Position numbers and translations under genes: made by a program. A model generated the notes under the pieces. It was not told the DNA's origin. It ran no database searches and saw only the letters and a list, made by a program, of their open reading frames with translations. Source: Phycisphaerae bacterium (GTDB taxonomy: Bacteria > Planctomycetota > Phycisphaerae > SM23-33). From it: a stretch of DNA of 39,401 bases. This document shows positions 27,283 through 37,415 of this stretch, one piece after another. Position 1 is the stretch's first letter. Each line of letters opens with the position of its first letter. The stretch covers positions 1 to 39,401 of the forward strand of contig JBKHJB010000001.1 in NCBI GenBank assembly GCA_046538345.1, in the 5' to 3' direction.

Positions 27283-28928
27283 TAACTCCGGTCCTCCTGC
27301 TGTTCGGCGCGACCCACGACCAGCCGGTTGCCGCGCCTGTATAACACCCGCACGGTGGCGCCGGGTTCTATGGTCTCGCCTTCGGTGACCACGTCAAGCA
27401 GCTCATCTCCGAATCGCGCCCTTCCGACCGGGCGGCACATGGCCTCGACGGACCCCACAGCGCCCGGCCGCACTCGCTTGTAGGGCGACTCTTCGTGCAG
27501 ATGTTCGCCCGTTGCCGCTGCGGGTTCGGTGAGGATCAACTTTCGCGCCACAGGGACCTTCGGTATGTATTTCGATAGGAACCCCGCGCCCACCAGGGCG
27601 CCCACAAAGCCCACGCCCAGTGCGAACGCGCTGTCGGAGAAGGTTTCCCAACCCAGGTCGGTCTGCGGTATCGGCAGCCGATCCGGCGGGTTGGGCACCA
27701 GTATTCCCATCAGACCCGCCAGCAGCATCAGTCCGCCGAGCACGCCGGCGACGCCGAAGCCCGGTATCACGAACACTTCAAGGGCAATCAGGATGATCCC
27801 CACCACTACCAGGGCTATTTCCCACCAGTTTGCCAGACCCGCAAGGTAGGGCGCCCCGAACAGCAGCGCAAAAAGCGCCAGCGCCGTCCCGCCGGCGACG
27901 CCGAAGCCGGGCGTGTTTATCTCCACATACGCGCACAGCAAGGCGGCGAAAAAGAGGAACCCCATCACCGGCGGCGAGAGCAAAAAGCCCACGAACCTTT
28001 CCGACCAGGTATCCGCGAGCACCGTCGGCGGGGTGATTACGTTGTAGTGTTCCAGGATATCCGCGTATGGCTCTTCGGAGGTGGCGTCCACCACGTGGGA
28101 GACCAGGCCGAACTCCTCGGCCTCGGAGGTGGTCACCGCGAGGAGTTCGCCTTCCCTCACGGCGACTTTCGCCAGCTCCCAATCGGCGTCGGCGTCGGTA
28201 GGCGCGGTGGTAGCCCCTCCCGGCGCGTCCACTCGACCGCGCCAGTCGTTGCGGAAGACGTATCGCAGCTCGCCGGTGTCTTTGTTGCGGATGAGCCAGA
28301 CTTCCAGATGTGCCGATACCATCGCCTGCGCCGGGGCCGGCGGATAGCCGTTGAGCTTGGCCGATTCTTCTATCTCGGTGCGCAGGTAGGACTCGATCTT
28401 CTCTCGCGTGACACCCTCCAGCTTGCCCCGCATGCTCACCGGCGCGGCATCGCCCATTTTGCTCAAGGGCGTCATGATTATCTCGTCGCACGCCATCGCC
28501 ACGAATGCCCCGCCGGATATCGCCTCGGTCCTGACGAAAGTCACCACCCGGATATCGCGAAGCTCGTTTTTGATAAGCTTGGTGATTTCCAGTGTGGCGT
28601 CCACAGCGCCGCCGGGGGTGTCCATGTCGATGATGACAAGCTCGGCGCCTCGGGCGCGGCATTGGATGAACTTGCGCCTCATGCTGGCAGAGGTCTTGGC
28701 GTTTATCTGCTCCCGCAGGGGTATGACGAACGCTTTGGTTACTTCTTCGGGAAGTTCCGGCAACTCCCGCCCGCGATCGGCGGGTGCGAACCAGCCGTCT
28801 TCGGTTACGCGGGCGCCTTCGGGTGGCTCGACGGAGCGAGTGGCGGTCTGTGCCGAAACCGACCCAGCCACGGTCAGTACCGCCGACAGCGCACAATACG
28901 CTAGGATGACCCGGCTTGCGGCTCTCAA
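27282..28928 (-). CDS. Long NfeD-family membrane-bound ClpP-class serine protease
   Basis: Signal peptide MRAASRVILAYCALSAVLTVAGSVSAQ (TTG start). ClpP-like VIIDMDTPGGAVDA and ISGGAFVAMACDEIIM. Multiple TM helices. C-terminal NfeD OB segment (GAVGSVEAMCRPVGRARFGDELLDVVTEGETIEPGATVRV). Confidence 0.75.
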   Translation of the reverse strand: MRAASRVILAYCALSAVLTVAGSVSAQTATRSVEPPEGARVTEDGWFAPADRGRELPELPEEVTKAFVIPLREQINAKTSASMRRKFIQCRARGAELVIIDMDTPGGAVDATLEITKLIKNELRDIRVVTFVRTEAISGGAFVAMACDEIIMTPLSKMGDAAPVSMRGKLEGVTREKIESYLRTEIEESAKLNGYPPAPAQAMVSAHLEVWLIRNKDTGELRYVFRNDWRGRVDAPGGATTAPTDADADWELAKVAVREGELLAVTTSEAEEFGLVSHVVDATSEEPYADILEHYNVITPPTVLADTWSERFVGFLLSPPVMGFLFFAALLCAYVEINTPGFGVAGGTALALFALLFGAPYLAGLANWWEIALVVVGIILIALEVFVIPGFGVAGVLGGLMLLAGLMGILVPNPPDRLPIPQTDLGWETFSDSAFALGVGFVGALVGAGFLSKYIPKVPVARKLILTEPAAATGEHLHEESPYKRVRPGAVGSVEAMCRPVGRARFGDELLDVVTEGETIEPGATVRVLYRRGNRLVVGRAEQQEDRS

Positions 28929-29021
28929 ATCTCACGCCCCTTCCGAGCGGGATACGCGCGATTATTCTAGCGGAGCGCCAGCCGGCTCACAATACCGCCC
29001 CGATTTGTCTCGCCGCCGGCG

Positions 29022-30185
29022 CTAGCGTACCTCCGAGAGGCGCACGGCGCGTTTCTCGCCGGCCGCGACCAGAGCCGCCTCCAGCACCCGCTGGGTCTGG
29101 TAGGCGTCCTCGAAGTCCGGCAGCCCGACGGTGGGCTTTTTGCCCGCCAGCGAAAGCAGCACATCGCAGGCCATGTTGGTAAAACCGTGCTCGTAGCCGA
29201 TGAGGTGTGCATCGGGCCACCACGCCTCGAGGTACGGATGGGCTCCGGCATGAGTGCACATGATAGTGGTCCAGCCCTGCACGGCCGCATCGGCGGTGGC
29301 GTCGTAGTATTCCAGCTCATTCATCCGCTCGAAGTTGAACTTCACCGACCCCTTTGTGCCGTTGATTTCGAAGCCGTTGCGGTTCTTGTTTCCGGTCGCC
29401 TGCCGGGCCGCCTCGAAGCTTGCGACCGCGCCGTTGTCGAACCGGGCGAGGAACAGGACGGTGTCGTCCACGTTGACGCGGCCGGTCTTGTTCTTGCCGC
29501 GTTTGCCGGCACCGAGGGTCTTGCGCTCCTTGATGAAAGTCTCGGCGAGGGCGCCGGAAATTTCGGTAATCTCCGAGCCGGTTACGAAGCGGGTCATATC
29601 CACGATGTGCGCGTTCAGGTCGCCGTGCGCGCCGCTGCCGGCGTACTGTTTCCGGAAGCGCCACAGCAGCGGCAGAGACTCGTCGGCGAAATCCTGCAGG
29701 TATTGCGCGCGGACGTGGCGGATGTCGCCGAGCTTGCCGGAGGAGACCAGCTTATGCGCCAGCGCCACCGCGGGGCAGCGACGGTAGTTGAACCATACGA
29801 AGGTCTTGCCCTTGGACTTGCGGGCGGTGCGGGCCATCTCGCGGGCGTCTTCGAGCGTGTGCGCAAGCGGCTTCTCGCAGGCGACGTGCTTGCCGGCTTT
29901 CAAGGCGGCTATCGCCATCTCCGCGTGGGTGTAGTTCGGAGTTGTAACGTCCACCAGGTCTATCTCGTCGGAGATGCTCGCGTGCCAGTTTGCCGAGGCG
30001 TTGTGCCAGTCCCACTTGTCGGCGAAGGCCTGCACGCGCTGTTTATCGCGAGCGGCGATGGTGTGCAGAACCGGCGTCAGCGGCGGGTCGAAAAACTTTC
30101 GCACCTGCGACCAGGCGTTGGAGTGCGCCCGGCCCATGAAGCCCTGCCCGATCATCATGATGTTGAGTTGCTTGCGCTCGGCCAT
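29022..30185 (-). CDS. Gfo/Idh/MocA family NAD(P)-dependent oxidoreductase
   Basis: The ATG at 30185 gives MAERKQLNIMMIGQGFMGRAHSNAW (Rossmann GxGxxG). HVACEKPLA (EKP motif). C-terminal alpha/beta domain. Confidence 0.8.
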   Translation of the reverse strand: MAERKQLNIMMIGQGFMGRAHSNAWSQVRKFFDPPLTPVLHTIAARDKQRVQAFADKWDWHNASANWHASISDEIDLVDVTTPNYTHAEMAIAALKAGKHVACEKPLAHTLEDAREMARTARKSKGKTFVWFNYRRCPAVALAHKLVSSGKLGDIRHVRAQYLQDFADESLPLLWRFRKQYAGSGAHGDLNAHIVDMTRFVTGSEITEISGALAETFIKERKTLGAGKRGKNKTGRVNVDDTVLFLARFDNGAVASFEAARQATGNKNRNGFEINGTKGSVKFNFERMNELEYYDATADAAVQGWTTIMCTHAGAHPYLEAWWPDAHLIGYEHGFTNMACDVLLSLAGKKPTVGLPDFEDAYQTQRVLEAALVAAGEKRAVRLSEVR

Positions 30186-30381
30186 GATATGACTCCTTCT
30201 GTCCGGCGGAAAACGTCCCACGTGCGCGTCGGAGGTGAATATAGGACCGCCAGGGGGACCCTTCAAGCAAGAAGCCGGAGCCGGATGGTATCACCTCGCC
30301 GGTATTAAAAGGTGCCGTCCATAGGAAGCATGCCCTTGCTTCGCAGGGACATGGCACCGGGCAGGAGCAGGGTTCAGACAA

Positions 30382-32688
30382 TCAGCGTATGCGCCATTGT
30401 CGCACAGCCGCGGCGGCCGTGTGGCGGACGTCATGGTCCCTGTCGGACAGCAGGTTCAGCAAGTGCGGCAGAGCACGGGGGACCTCAATGCTCCCCAGTG
30501 CCTCGGCGCTCTTGACCCGCAGCGACGCCTGGGCGCCGTCCATCAGTGACAGCAGCGGGTCCAGGGCGCGGGGGTCGGCTATTTGGCCCAATGCAGATAC
30601 GGCCGCTATGCGAACCGACTCGTCGGCGTCCCTGAGCTTTTTTATCAGCGGTTCGACGGCTTTCCGTGAGTGAAGCTCGCCGAGCGCGCCGGCGGCGGCG
30701 TAGCGGGTGGTTTCGTCACCGGAGTTTAGCAGCTCTATAAGCGTGTCGGCGGCATCGCTGCCTCCCACCTTTCCCAACGCGGCGATTGCGGCATTGCGGA
30801 CCTTGGCGTCGGCGTCATTGGCAGCGTTGGTTAGCAGCTCGGCCGAGTCGGATCCGCCTATCTCACCCAGGGCGGTGGCGGCCGCGGCGGAAACCTCGGA
30901 GTCGTCGTGGTTCAACAGTTGTTTCAGGTTTCCGACGGCTGCGGCTTCCCGCGTTTTGCCGAGCGATGCGATTACCTCGATGAGTTCATCGCGCCCGCAG
31001 GTGCCGCTGTCCAGCAGTTTCAGCAGCGGTCCGCCGGCACGCCTGTCACCTATCGCGCCGAGCGCCTGCACGGCCGATCGGCGGGCGTCGCCGGATTGGC
31101 GATTGAGCACCTTTATAAGTGGCGCTACGGCGTCGGCTCCCATCGACACCATCGCCCGGGACGCTCGCCAGCACAGGCGGGGCGTGTCTTTGGTCATCGT
31201 CTTTACCAGCGCACGGATGGCAGAGCGGTCGGCGATTTCACCCAGGATGCCGACGGCCAGTGAGCGTGTGTCCTCGTTGCCGCTGCGTAGCGCCTTGATC
31301 AGAGCGGGTACTGCCTGGGGACCCATTCGCGCCGGCACCGGCGCGGTCATAGACCAGCAGCGCTTGTCGGAGGTATCGAGCAGGTGCGGTACGGCCTTTG
31401 CGCCTATCGCGACCAGCGCGTCGGCCGCGGCGGTAGCGACGTTTTCCGAGCGGTTGCACAGTACGCGGATGAGCTTCTTACAGGCCTGGTGGTGGGACAT
31501 TTGTCCCAGCGCCTCGGCCGCCAGTGCGGCGACAGTTTCGTCCGAGTCGCTTAGCGTCCGCATCAGCGCGCCGGCGGCTTTCCGTCCGCCCAGGCGTCCC
31601 AGCGATCTCACGGTCGCCTGACGCACGTCGCGACGGGTGTCCTTGAGTGCGGCTATCAGCCAGGGAATCGCCGTGGACAGCCCGGTCTGTCCAAGTGCGG
31701 AGGCCGCCGCGGCACGAACCTTCGAGTTGGCGTCTTCCTTTAACAGCCGTCCCAGCCGTTCCGCCACGGAAGAACCGCCTATCTTACCCAGTGCGATGCA
31801 GGCGTTCTGGCGTACCGTTGGATCCTCGTCGCTCGCAGCTTGCAGCAGCGCGTCGGTGGCGTCGGCCGGAGCAATGCGCGAAAGCGCATAGGCCGCGTCG
31901 GCGCGGACGTCTTCGTGCAGGTCCCCCAGAGCGGCCATGAGCGCGTGGGTCGCGCGCGGGTCGCAAAGCTCACCAATCGCCTCGGCCGCACAGCAGCGGA
32001 CGTCCGGGTGGGTGTCTGTCAGGGCGGGTATAAGAGGTTCGGTGGCTTTTCTGCTGCGGAGCTGTCCCAGAGCGGTCGCCGCGGCGGCCCGTACTGCGCT
32101 ATTGCTGTCGGCAAGGTCGCGAATCAGCGCGTCCAGCGCCTGGGGAACCCGCAGTCGCCCCAGTACGGAGGCAACAGCGAGACGAACGCGGGGGTCGTCC
32201 GACTGAAGCTGTCGCACACACTCCTCCAGGCCCGTTGAACCAAGCTTTGTCAGTGCTTCGACAGCTTTCCTGCGCAGCAGGTTACTCTCGGTAGTCAGTG
32301 CGGCCGCCAGCGGCTTGACCGCTCGCCGGTCCCTTACGGCACCCAGTGCCTCTGCGGCTGCACAGGCGACATTCGGCTCCGGGTCCTGAAGCGCGGAGAT
32401 CAAAGCCGGAGTCGCTGCCTTGCCGCCGGTTTCTCCAAGCAGTTGTGCTATCTGGGCGCGCAGAACGGCGTCCCGTGAACGGACCAGCGCGTCGGTCAGA
32501 GGTTCCAAGGCGCGTCGTCCCGCGCCGGACAGCGCTTCTCTCGCCGGCGCCTGGCGGGCGGGGTGACCCCGTGCGATGTCGCGCTGCCAGGCGTCCAGCA
32601 GCGCGCGGACCTGTTCGGCCACCGCCGCCTCTTTATGACGACTGTGAGACTCCGAATTGACGGACCGGTTACCGGTTCGCGTGTTCAT
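30382..32688 (-). CDS. HEAT-repeat (PBS-lyase HEAT-like) protein
   Basis: 768 aa, made almost entirely of ~31-aa units of the form D.D..VR..AA.ALG.IGD.RA..PL...L. Confidence 0.8.
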   Translation of the reverse strand: MNTRTGNRSVNSESHSRHKEAAVAEQVRALLDAWQRDIARGHPARQAPAREALSGAGRRALEPLTDALVRSRDAVLRAQIAQLLGETGGKAATPALISALQDPEPNVACAAAEALGAVRDRRAVKPLAAALTTESNLLRRKAVEALTKLGSTGLEECVRQLQSDDPRVRLAVASVLGRLRVPQALDALIRDLADSNSAVRAAAATALGQLRSRKATEPLIPALTDTHPDVRCCAAEAIGELCDPRATHALMAALGDLHEDVRADAAYALSRIAPADATDALLQAASDEDPTVRQNACIALGKIGGSSVAERLGRLLKEDANSKVRAAAASALGQTGLSTAIPWLIAALKDTRRDVRQATVRSLGRLGGRKAAGALMRTLSDSDETVAALAAEALGQMSHHQACKKLIRVLCNRSENVATAAADALVAIGAKAVPHLLDTSDKRCWSMTAPVPARMGPQAVPALIKALRSGNEDTRSLAVGILGEIADRSAIRALVKTMTKDTPRLCWRASRAMVSMGADAVAPLIKVLNRQSGDARRSAVQALGAIGDRRAGGPLLKLLDSGTCGRDELIEVIASLGKTREAAAVGNLKQLLNHDDSEVSAAAATALGEIGGSDSAELLTNAANDADAKVRNAAIAALGKVGGSDAADTLIELLNSGDETTRYAAAGALGELHSRKAVEPLIKKLRDADESVRIAAVSALGQIADPRALDPLLSLMDGAQASLRVKSAEALGSIEVPRALPHLLNLLSDRDHDVRHTAAAAVRQWRIR

Positions 32689-32880
32689 GACAAAACGGGG
32701 GCGCGTAGATTTTCAACCACGGTCTGTGGCGTTCCGACGGGCTTTCGAGACCCACCTCGCGAAATGCCGACTCTCGCCGGAAACCAATTACAAGCGTCTA
32801 AATTGACGCGCCACATGCTTTCTGGTCGGCGTTTTCCCCGTTTGTGTGAAGTACCAATACTCCGAAAAGGCCCGCAAAAG

Positions 32881-33540
32881 TCAGTTTTCGGGCCAGCCGG
32901 ACTTCCCGATGAGCTTTACGAAACGGACGTCGCAGATGTGCTCTCTGTGAAGTTCGTCGCCCCTTTTGGTCAAACGCAAAAGGGACTGCGCGCCGGGCCC
33001 GCCGACAGGAACCACAATCCGACCGCCGTCGGCGAGCTGTTGTGCCCAGGCGTCGGGGATCTCCGGAGCGGCCGCACCACAGATAACACCATCAAAGGGC
33101 GCTTCCTCGGGCCTGCCCAACGTCCCGTCGCCCGTGCAGACGCTTACGTTGGTAACGTTCAGCGCGCCGAGCGCTAGGACCGCCTGCTCGGTCAGTTCTG
33201 TCAGGCGCTCCAGAGCATAGACGTGACGGCACAGATGAGCTAGGATCGCCGTCTGGTAGCCGCTGCCTGCTCCCACGTCGAGAACCTTCTCGCTGGGCTG
33301 GGGGTCGAGTTGCTCGATCATCAGCGCCACGATGTACGGCTGGGAGATGGTCTGGCCGTAACCGATGGGCACAGGGTGGTCGGCGTACGCCTCGTCGGCG
33401 TGTTCCGGGGGGACAAATCGCTCCCGCGGCACCTGCCGGAATGCCTCCAGCACGCGGGCGTTACGAATGCCCCGTCCACGGAGGTGCCGCTGGACCATAC
33501 GCTCTCTCTCGGCTGCGTATTTGTTGTCTTCCTGATTCAT
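32881..33540 (-). CDS. pcm: Protein-L-isoaspartate O-methyltransferase
   Basis: GYGQTISQPYIVALM, VLDVGAGSGYQTAILA, PFDGVICGAAAPEIP and GGRIVVPVG. ATG at 33540 (ORF-track start is a GTG at 33546). Confidence 0.9.
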   Translation of the reverse strand: MNQEDNKYAAERERMVQRHLRGRGIRNARVLEAFRQVPRERFVPPEHADEAYADHPVPIGYGQTISQPYIVALMIEQLDPQPSEKVLDVGAGSGYQTAILAHLCRHVYALERLTELTEQAVLALGALNVTNVSVCTGDGTLGRPEEAPFDGVICGAAAPEIPDAWAQQLADGGRIVVPVGGPGAQSLLRLTKRGDELHREHICDVRFVKLIGKSGWPEN

Positions 33541-33546
33541 GGTCAC

Positions 33547-33598
33547 TGGTATTATAAAGTGCTTAAGGGAGCTTCACCGACAAAAGTAGCGCGAAGAA
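33547..33598. promoter_or_regulatory. AT-rich divergent intergenic region (probable promoters for pcm and the DUF62 gene)
   Basis: GGTATTATAAAGTGCTTAAGG is the most AT-rich stretch in the window, with TATTAT/TATAAA hexamers at 33550-33558. No convincing -35 at canonical spacing. Confidence 0.3.
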
Positions 33599-34411
33599 AT
33601 GGCCAAGCGCAAGCTGGTAACATTGCTGACGGATTTCGGCACGGACGGTCCTTACGTTCCCGCCATGAAAGGCGCCCTGCTGAGTGCCTGCGGCGATGCG
33701 GATATCGTGGACATCAGTCACGATATCCCCGCCCAGGACGTAGTCAGCGCCGGTCTGGTGCTGGCGCAGTCGGCACCGTGGTTCCCGCCGGGTACGCTCC
33801 ACGTGGTGGTCGTGGACCCGACCGTGGGCACGGATCGGCCGCTGCTGTACGCGCAGTTCGGCCGGTGGCGATTCCTGTTTCCCGACAACGGCGTTATTAC
33901 ATTTGTAGCCGCTTCCCTGCCGCTGGAGGTTGTGCGGTTGTGCGTCAATTCCGAATACGTTCCCTCTAAGCCGCCGTCCAACACTTTCCACGGCAGGGAC
34001 GTATTCGCTCCGCTGGCGGGGCGACTTCTGGGCGGGCTGGAGCCCCGGCTGCTGGGGCCCGTGCCGCAGACCTACAAGCTTCTGGAGATGCCCGCGCCGC
34101 GGGAGGTCGAGAACGGCATCGTCGGAGAGATAATCTATACGGACCATTTCGGTAACCTTGTCAGCAACATATCGGCGGAGTTGATTCGCCGACGCTGGGG
34201 CGACCGCGACGATATGCTCGTGTCCTGCGAAAGGCGGCAGATAGGTCCGGTCGTGGACAGCTATGCGGCGGTAGGCCCGGGAGAGACTTTGGCGCTGATA
34301 AACTCGATGGGGTTGCTGGAGGTGGCCGTCAACCAGGGCAGCGCCCACGGCGTCCTCGGCGCGGACGTCGGTTCGGAGATCCGCATCAGCCGTACCAGAG
34401 CGATTACCTGA
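33599..34411 (+). CDS. SAM hydrolase / SAM hydroxide adenosyltransferase family protein (DUF62)
   Basis: VTLLTDFGTDGPYVPAMKGALL, IVDISHDIPAQDV and GTLHVVVVDPTVGTDR match the DUF62 (fluorinase/chlorinase-related) signature. Confidence 0.8.
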   Translation: MAKRKLVTLLTDFGTDGPYVPAMKGALLSACGDADIVDISHDIPAQDVVSAGLVLAQSAPWFPPGTLHVVVVDPTVGTDRPLLYAQFGRWRFLFPDNGVITFVAASLPLEVVRLCVNSEYVPSKPPSNTFHGRDVFAPLAGRLLGGLEPRLLGPVPQTYKLLEMPAPREVENGIVGEIIYTDHFGNLVSNISAELIRRRWGDRDDMLVSCERRQIGPVVDSYAAVGPGETLALINSMGLLEVAVNQGSAHGVLGADVGSEIRISRTRAIT

Positions 34412-37400
34412 CGCGCAAAGACTCTCCCGCTTCGCCTGACTCGTCACGATTCTTTTCCTGTTGTCCCTCGCGGTCACCGTCGGAGGGCTTTGGCTTGCCC
34501 GCCGGCGGGAGCATCAACAGTCCGTAGCGATGCGGCAGAAGCCGGGGATCTTCCTGCGGTTGGGCGTAGAGACACTTCGGCCCGTTGGCTGTCTCGAACG
34601 TAACACGTAGCTGGAAGCCCCACATATCGGCCCGTGCGCTTCCTCCGACGGCGGAGATGGGTATCGCCGTTTCAAAGACGTATTCGCCCTCTTTTAGCGT
34701 CGCCTGGAGGCCGATAGTCTCGTCCGGCAGTTCCGCGTCGGCTGCGGCGCGGCAGAGAAGGCGGACTTCGCGGTTACCTTCCGTGTCGCAGCTCAGCAGT
34801 AGTTGCGTCCAGCCGTCACGGCCACTGTCCACGGCGAGGTCGAGCTGCCTTCGGCGGTCCTGTCGCGCGGGTAGCTGAACACCAATGACCACCAGTCCGG
34901 GCGTGCGAACCACGCGCAGGGAAGCATCCGGGAATTCTTCGTCGCGCTCGCCGTCGGAGTCCAGCAGATCGTACTGCTCCGTGTCCGACCAGAATTCTTC
35001 TTCCATTCGTCCGTCTATTCGGCCGCGTTCGTTCACCTGGGCCGCTTGTATTACCCGGGGCAGCTCCGAGGGAGGCAGTTGCTCGACGTTTCCGCCCACC
35101 AGCTCCAGGCGGGCCTTGCGCCGCCAGTGGCGGGGATAGGGACCGTCGGCAAGCTTCTCCAGCACCTCTGCCGCGTCCGCCCGGCGTCCGGTAGCCGACA
35201 GCGCCCGCGCGTGAAGCATTCGGCCGGCGGGGGAGTGTGACCACCCGGACCAAGAGGCAAAGGACTCTGCCGCCTTTGCAAGCTCTTCTTTCCCGAACAT
35301 CTTCTGGGGGGTGTTGGTCGCGAGTTGGGCTTGCCACAGCGGCGAGACCGCACGCGCCAGAGCCGTTACGCTGACCTGCTCGAACAGTGGATGCGACCGG
35401 CCCACGCGCATGAAAGCCCTGTCCGCGCGGGCCGCTTCGTGCAGCCGACCCTTTCTCAGCAGCCCACACGCGCTAAGCAGCACACGGTCGGCCGCCAGCA
35501 CTTGCCCGGGCTTGTTGTCGCTGGAATCGGCCTGCTCCGCCGCTCGCAGGAGCGGACCCATGGCGGTTGCCAACTCGCCCCGCGCCGCTGCGAACCGCAG
35601 GTGAGCGCCGACCGCCAGTTGGCTCATGTAATCGTCCACTTCTCGGTTAGGTCTTAACGAGTGAGATGTCAGCCCGGTGGTCATCAGCGGCAGACGCCTG
35701 TGTTCGCCTTCGTAGCGGTAGCCGGTCACCCGTGCGGGCCTGTCCGTTGCGGAAGTCCGCCCCAGTCGCCATATCGCCCGCTGGACGATCATCTCTATGC
35801 ATTCGTCGGAGTCGGCAACGAACGCGGACGTGTCGATGGCGAAGTTCGCGTCTCGAGCAGCCCGGCCGTTGCCGGCCTTCCACGCCGCGGGGCGTCGATG
35901 GTTGTCCTCCATGCCTACGAATACCCGCCGAACTTCCCAGGGGGGCAGTCCCATTCGCGAAAGTTCTTCGAACATATCTTCCCTGCCGGCGCGCGATGCG
36001 GCCAACTGCGCCAGTCGGGAAACCGTTCCGCTCTCGGCTCTGGAGCCGACGGAATCGGGGCTTTCGGGACCCACTGCCAGCACCTCGGGCCGGTACAGCC
36101 GAATAGCCGCCACCATGTGCCGGAGCATCTCGTCCTGTGCCGGTGCGTCCACGGCGTCCGACCAGACGGACATCAAGTCCTGTTCTCTGAGCGTGTGATC
36201 GTTCCGCATAGCGGGCGAGGGGAAGCTGTGGAATACCGACACGCTAGCGGCGCCGGCTTCGGCGGCGGCCGCCCGCAATGCCTGCTCCGGTGGGGCGCCG
36301 GCGGTTTGCCGCCCGCGCGTGGCGAACACCACCGCTACCTCCGCACCCGCCAGGGCGTGTGCGACGATCGCGGGATAAACACTGGTATCCGTAGCCGAGA
36401 CGATGAACAGCACGTCTGTTCCTTGTGGCCCGTGGAGCAGTTCCCAACTTTCGGCGCCATTGGTGCTGCGCCAGATTCTTCCGGCATCACCGCCGGCGAG
36501 CAGCACATCTCCGTTCGCTGCAAGGTCGTGCACCGCGCCGGGGGACGGCGCATCGAGCCGCCGCCAGCTCGCTCCGCCGTCATCGCTGCGGAAGGTTGCG
36601 CCGGTCAACCCGCCGCCTGCGTGGACGGTATCTTCAGGCGTGGAGCAGACCGTCTCCAGGTCCAGCAGCCGGCCGGTAGCGGTCGGCGCGGGAATCTGTT
36701 GCTGCTGCCAGGGCTGACTGCCGGGCCTGCTTTTGAGCAGTAGTCCGTCGTCACCGGCCGCCCAGCAGGTCTCGTCGGATGAAAGAGCAGCCGCCCGCAA
36801 AACGCGCCGCGAGGGTGTCTGCGGCGGGCGGATCCGCGGCTCGGAAAGCCCCCGGATGCTCGCTATGCGATGGTCTCCGCCGACGGCGTAGCCGAGCTTC
36901 ACGTCGCGAAAGTCGCCGCCGAGAAGGTATCCCTGCTGCTCGGATTCCACGGGTGTCCACCGTCGGCCGTCGGTTACGGTGCGCCAGATTCCGCTTGGTG
37001 CTTCGGGCGTGGCCTCGCCGAAGACGATTGCCGCCGGAGGTTCGAACTCACCGCCGTAGAGGCATCCTGCCGGTGGGGTGGAAACCGCCTGGAAGGTTTC
37101 CCCTCCGTCCTCGCTGCGAAGGATGACCGCCTTGCCGCGCGCGTCAGGGTGTCCGAATATCGTGCTCCCGCCTAGCAGGTGGACGGTGTCCCCGGCGATG
37201 TGAACGGCCTGGAAGTCGGTTCCCACGGGCACTTCCACGCTATTCCAGGTTTGCCCGGCATCCCGGCTGAGAAGTACGGTACCGGCGTCGCCGACCGCCC
37301 AGATGGTATCGCCGTCGGCGGTGATGTCGCGGATGGCGCCGGCGTCCGCGTGGTTCGCCCACGCGCAGAACAGGACGCCCGCGACTATGCACGCGATGCC

Positions 37401-37415
37401 CGCGGTTGGCTTCAT
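34404..37415 (-). CDS. Secreted multidomain protein: BNR/Asp-box beta-propeller + degenerate PIG-L-like segment + C-terminal beta-sandwich (CBM9-like?)
   Basis: Signal peptide MKPTAGIACIVAGVLFCAWANHADA. Asp-boxes SRDAGQTW, SEDGGETF, SDDGGASW and STNGAESW. The middle region DVLFIVSATDTSVYP sits where LmbE/PIG-L enzymes have AHPDDE. The start overlaps the upstream stop (ATGA). Confidence 0.6.
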   Translation of the reverse strand: MKPTAGIACIVAGVLFCAWANHADAGAIRDITADGDTIWAVGDAGTVLLSRDAGQTWNSVEVPVGTDFQAVHIAGDTVHLLGGSTIFGHPDARGKAVILRSEDGGETFQAVSTPPAGCLYGGEFEPPAAIVFGEATPEAPSGIWRTVTDGRRWTPVESEQQGYLLGGDFRDVKLGYAVGGDHRIASIRGLSEPRIRPPQTPSRRVLRAAALSSDETCWAAGDDGLLLKSRPGSQPWQQQQIPAPTATGRLLDLETVCSTPEDTVHAGGGLTGATFRSDDGGASWRRLDAPSPGAVHDLAANGDVLLAGGDAGRIWRSTNGAESWELLHGPQGTDVLFIVSATDTSVYPAIVAHALAGAEVAVVFATRGRQTAGAPPEQALRAAAAEAGAASVSVFHSFPSPAMRNDHTLREQDLMSVWSDAVDAPAQDEMLRHMVAAIRLYRPEVLAVGPESPDSVGSRAESGTVSRLAQLAASRAGREDMFEELSRMGLPPWEVRRVFVGMEDNHRRPAAWKAGNGRAARDANFAIDTSAFVADSDECIEMIVQRAIWRLGRTSATDRPARVTGYRYEGEHRRLPLMTTGLTSHSLRPNREVDDYMSQLAVGAHLRFAAARGELATAMGPLLRAAEQADSSDNKPGQVLAADRVLLSACGLLRKGRLHEAARADRAFMRVGRSHPLFEQVSVTALARAVSPLWQAQLATNTPQKMFGKEELAKAAESFASWSGWSHSPAGRMLHARALSATGRRADAAEVLEKLADGPYPRHWRRKARLELVGGNVEQLPPSELPRVIQAAQVNERGRIDGRMEEEFWSDTEQYDLLDSDGERDEEFPDASLRVVRTPGLVVIGVQLPARQDRRRQLDLAVDSGRDGWTQLLLSCDTEGNREVRLLCRAAADAELPDETIGLQATLKEGEYVFETAIPISAVGGSARADMWGFQLRVTFETANGPKCLYAQPQEDPRLLPHRYGLLMLPPAGKPKPSDGDREGQQEKNRDESGEAGESLRVR

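Noticed and set aside
30320-30337. Hairpin GAAGCA-TGCCCT-TGCTTC downstream of the HEAT-repeat gene, considered as an intrinsic terminator.
   Set aside because: It is only a 6-bp stem with A/T pairs, and no U-tract follows on the minus strand. This is not sufficient support.
30382-32688. Regular ~93-nt periodicity in the DNA, considered as a CRISPR-like or satellite array.
   Set aside because: The periodicity is in-frame and encodes degenerate HEAT repeats (D.D..VR..AA.ALG). The units are divergent at the DNA level, with no repeat-spacer structure.
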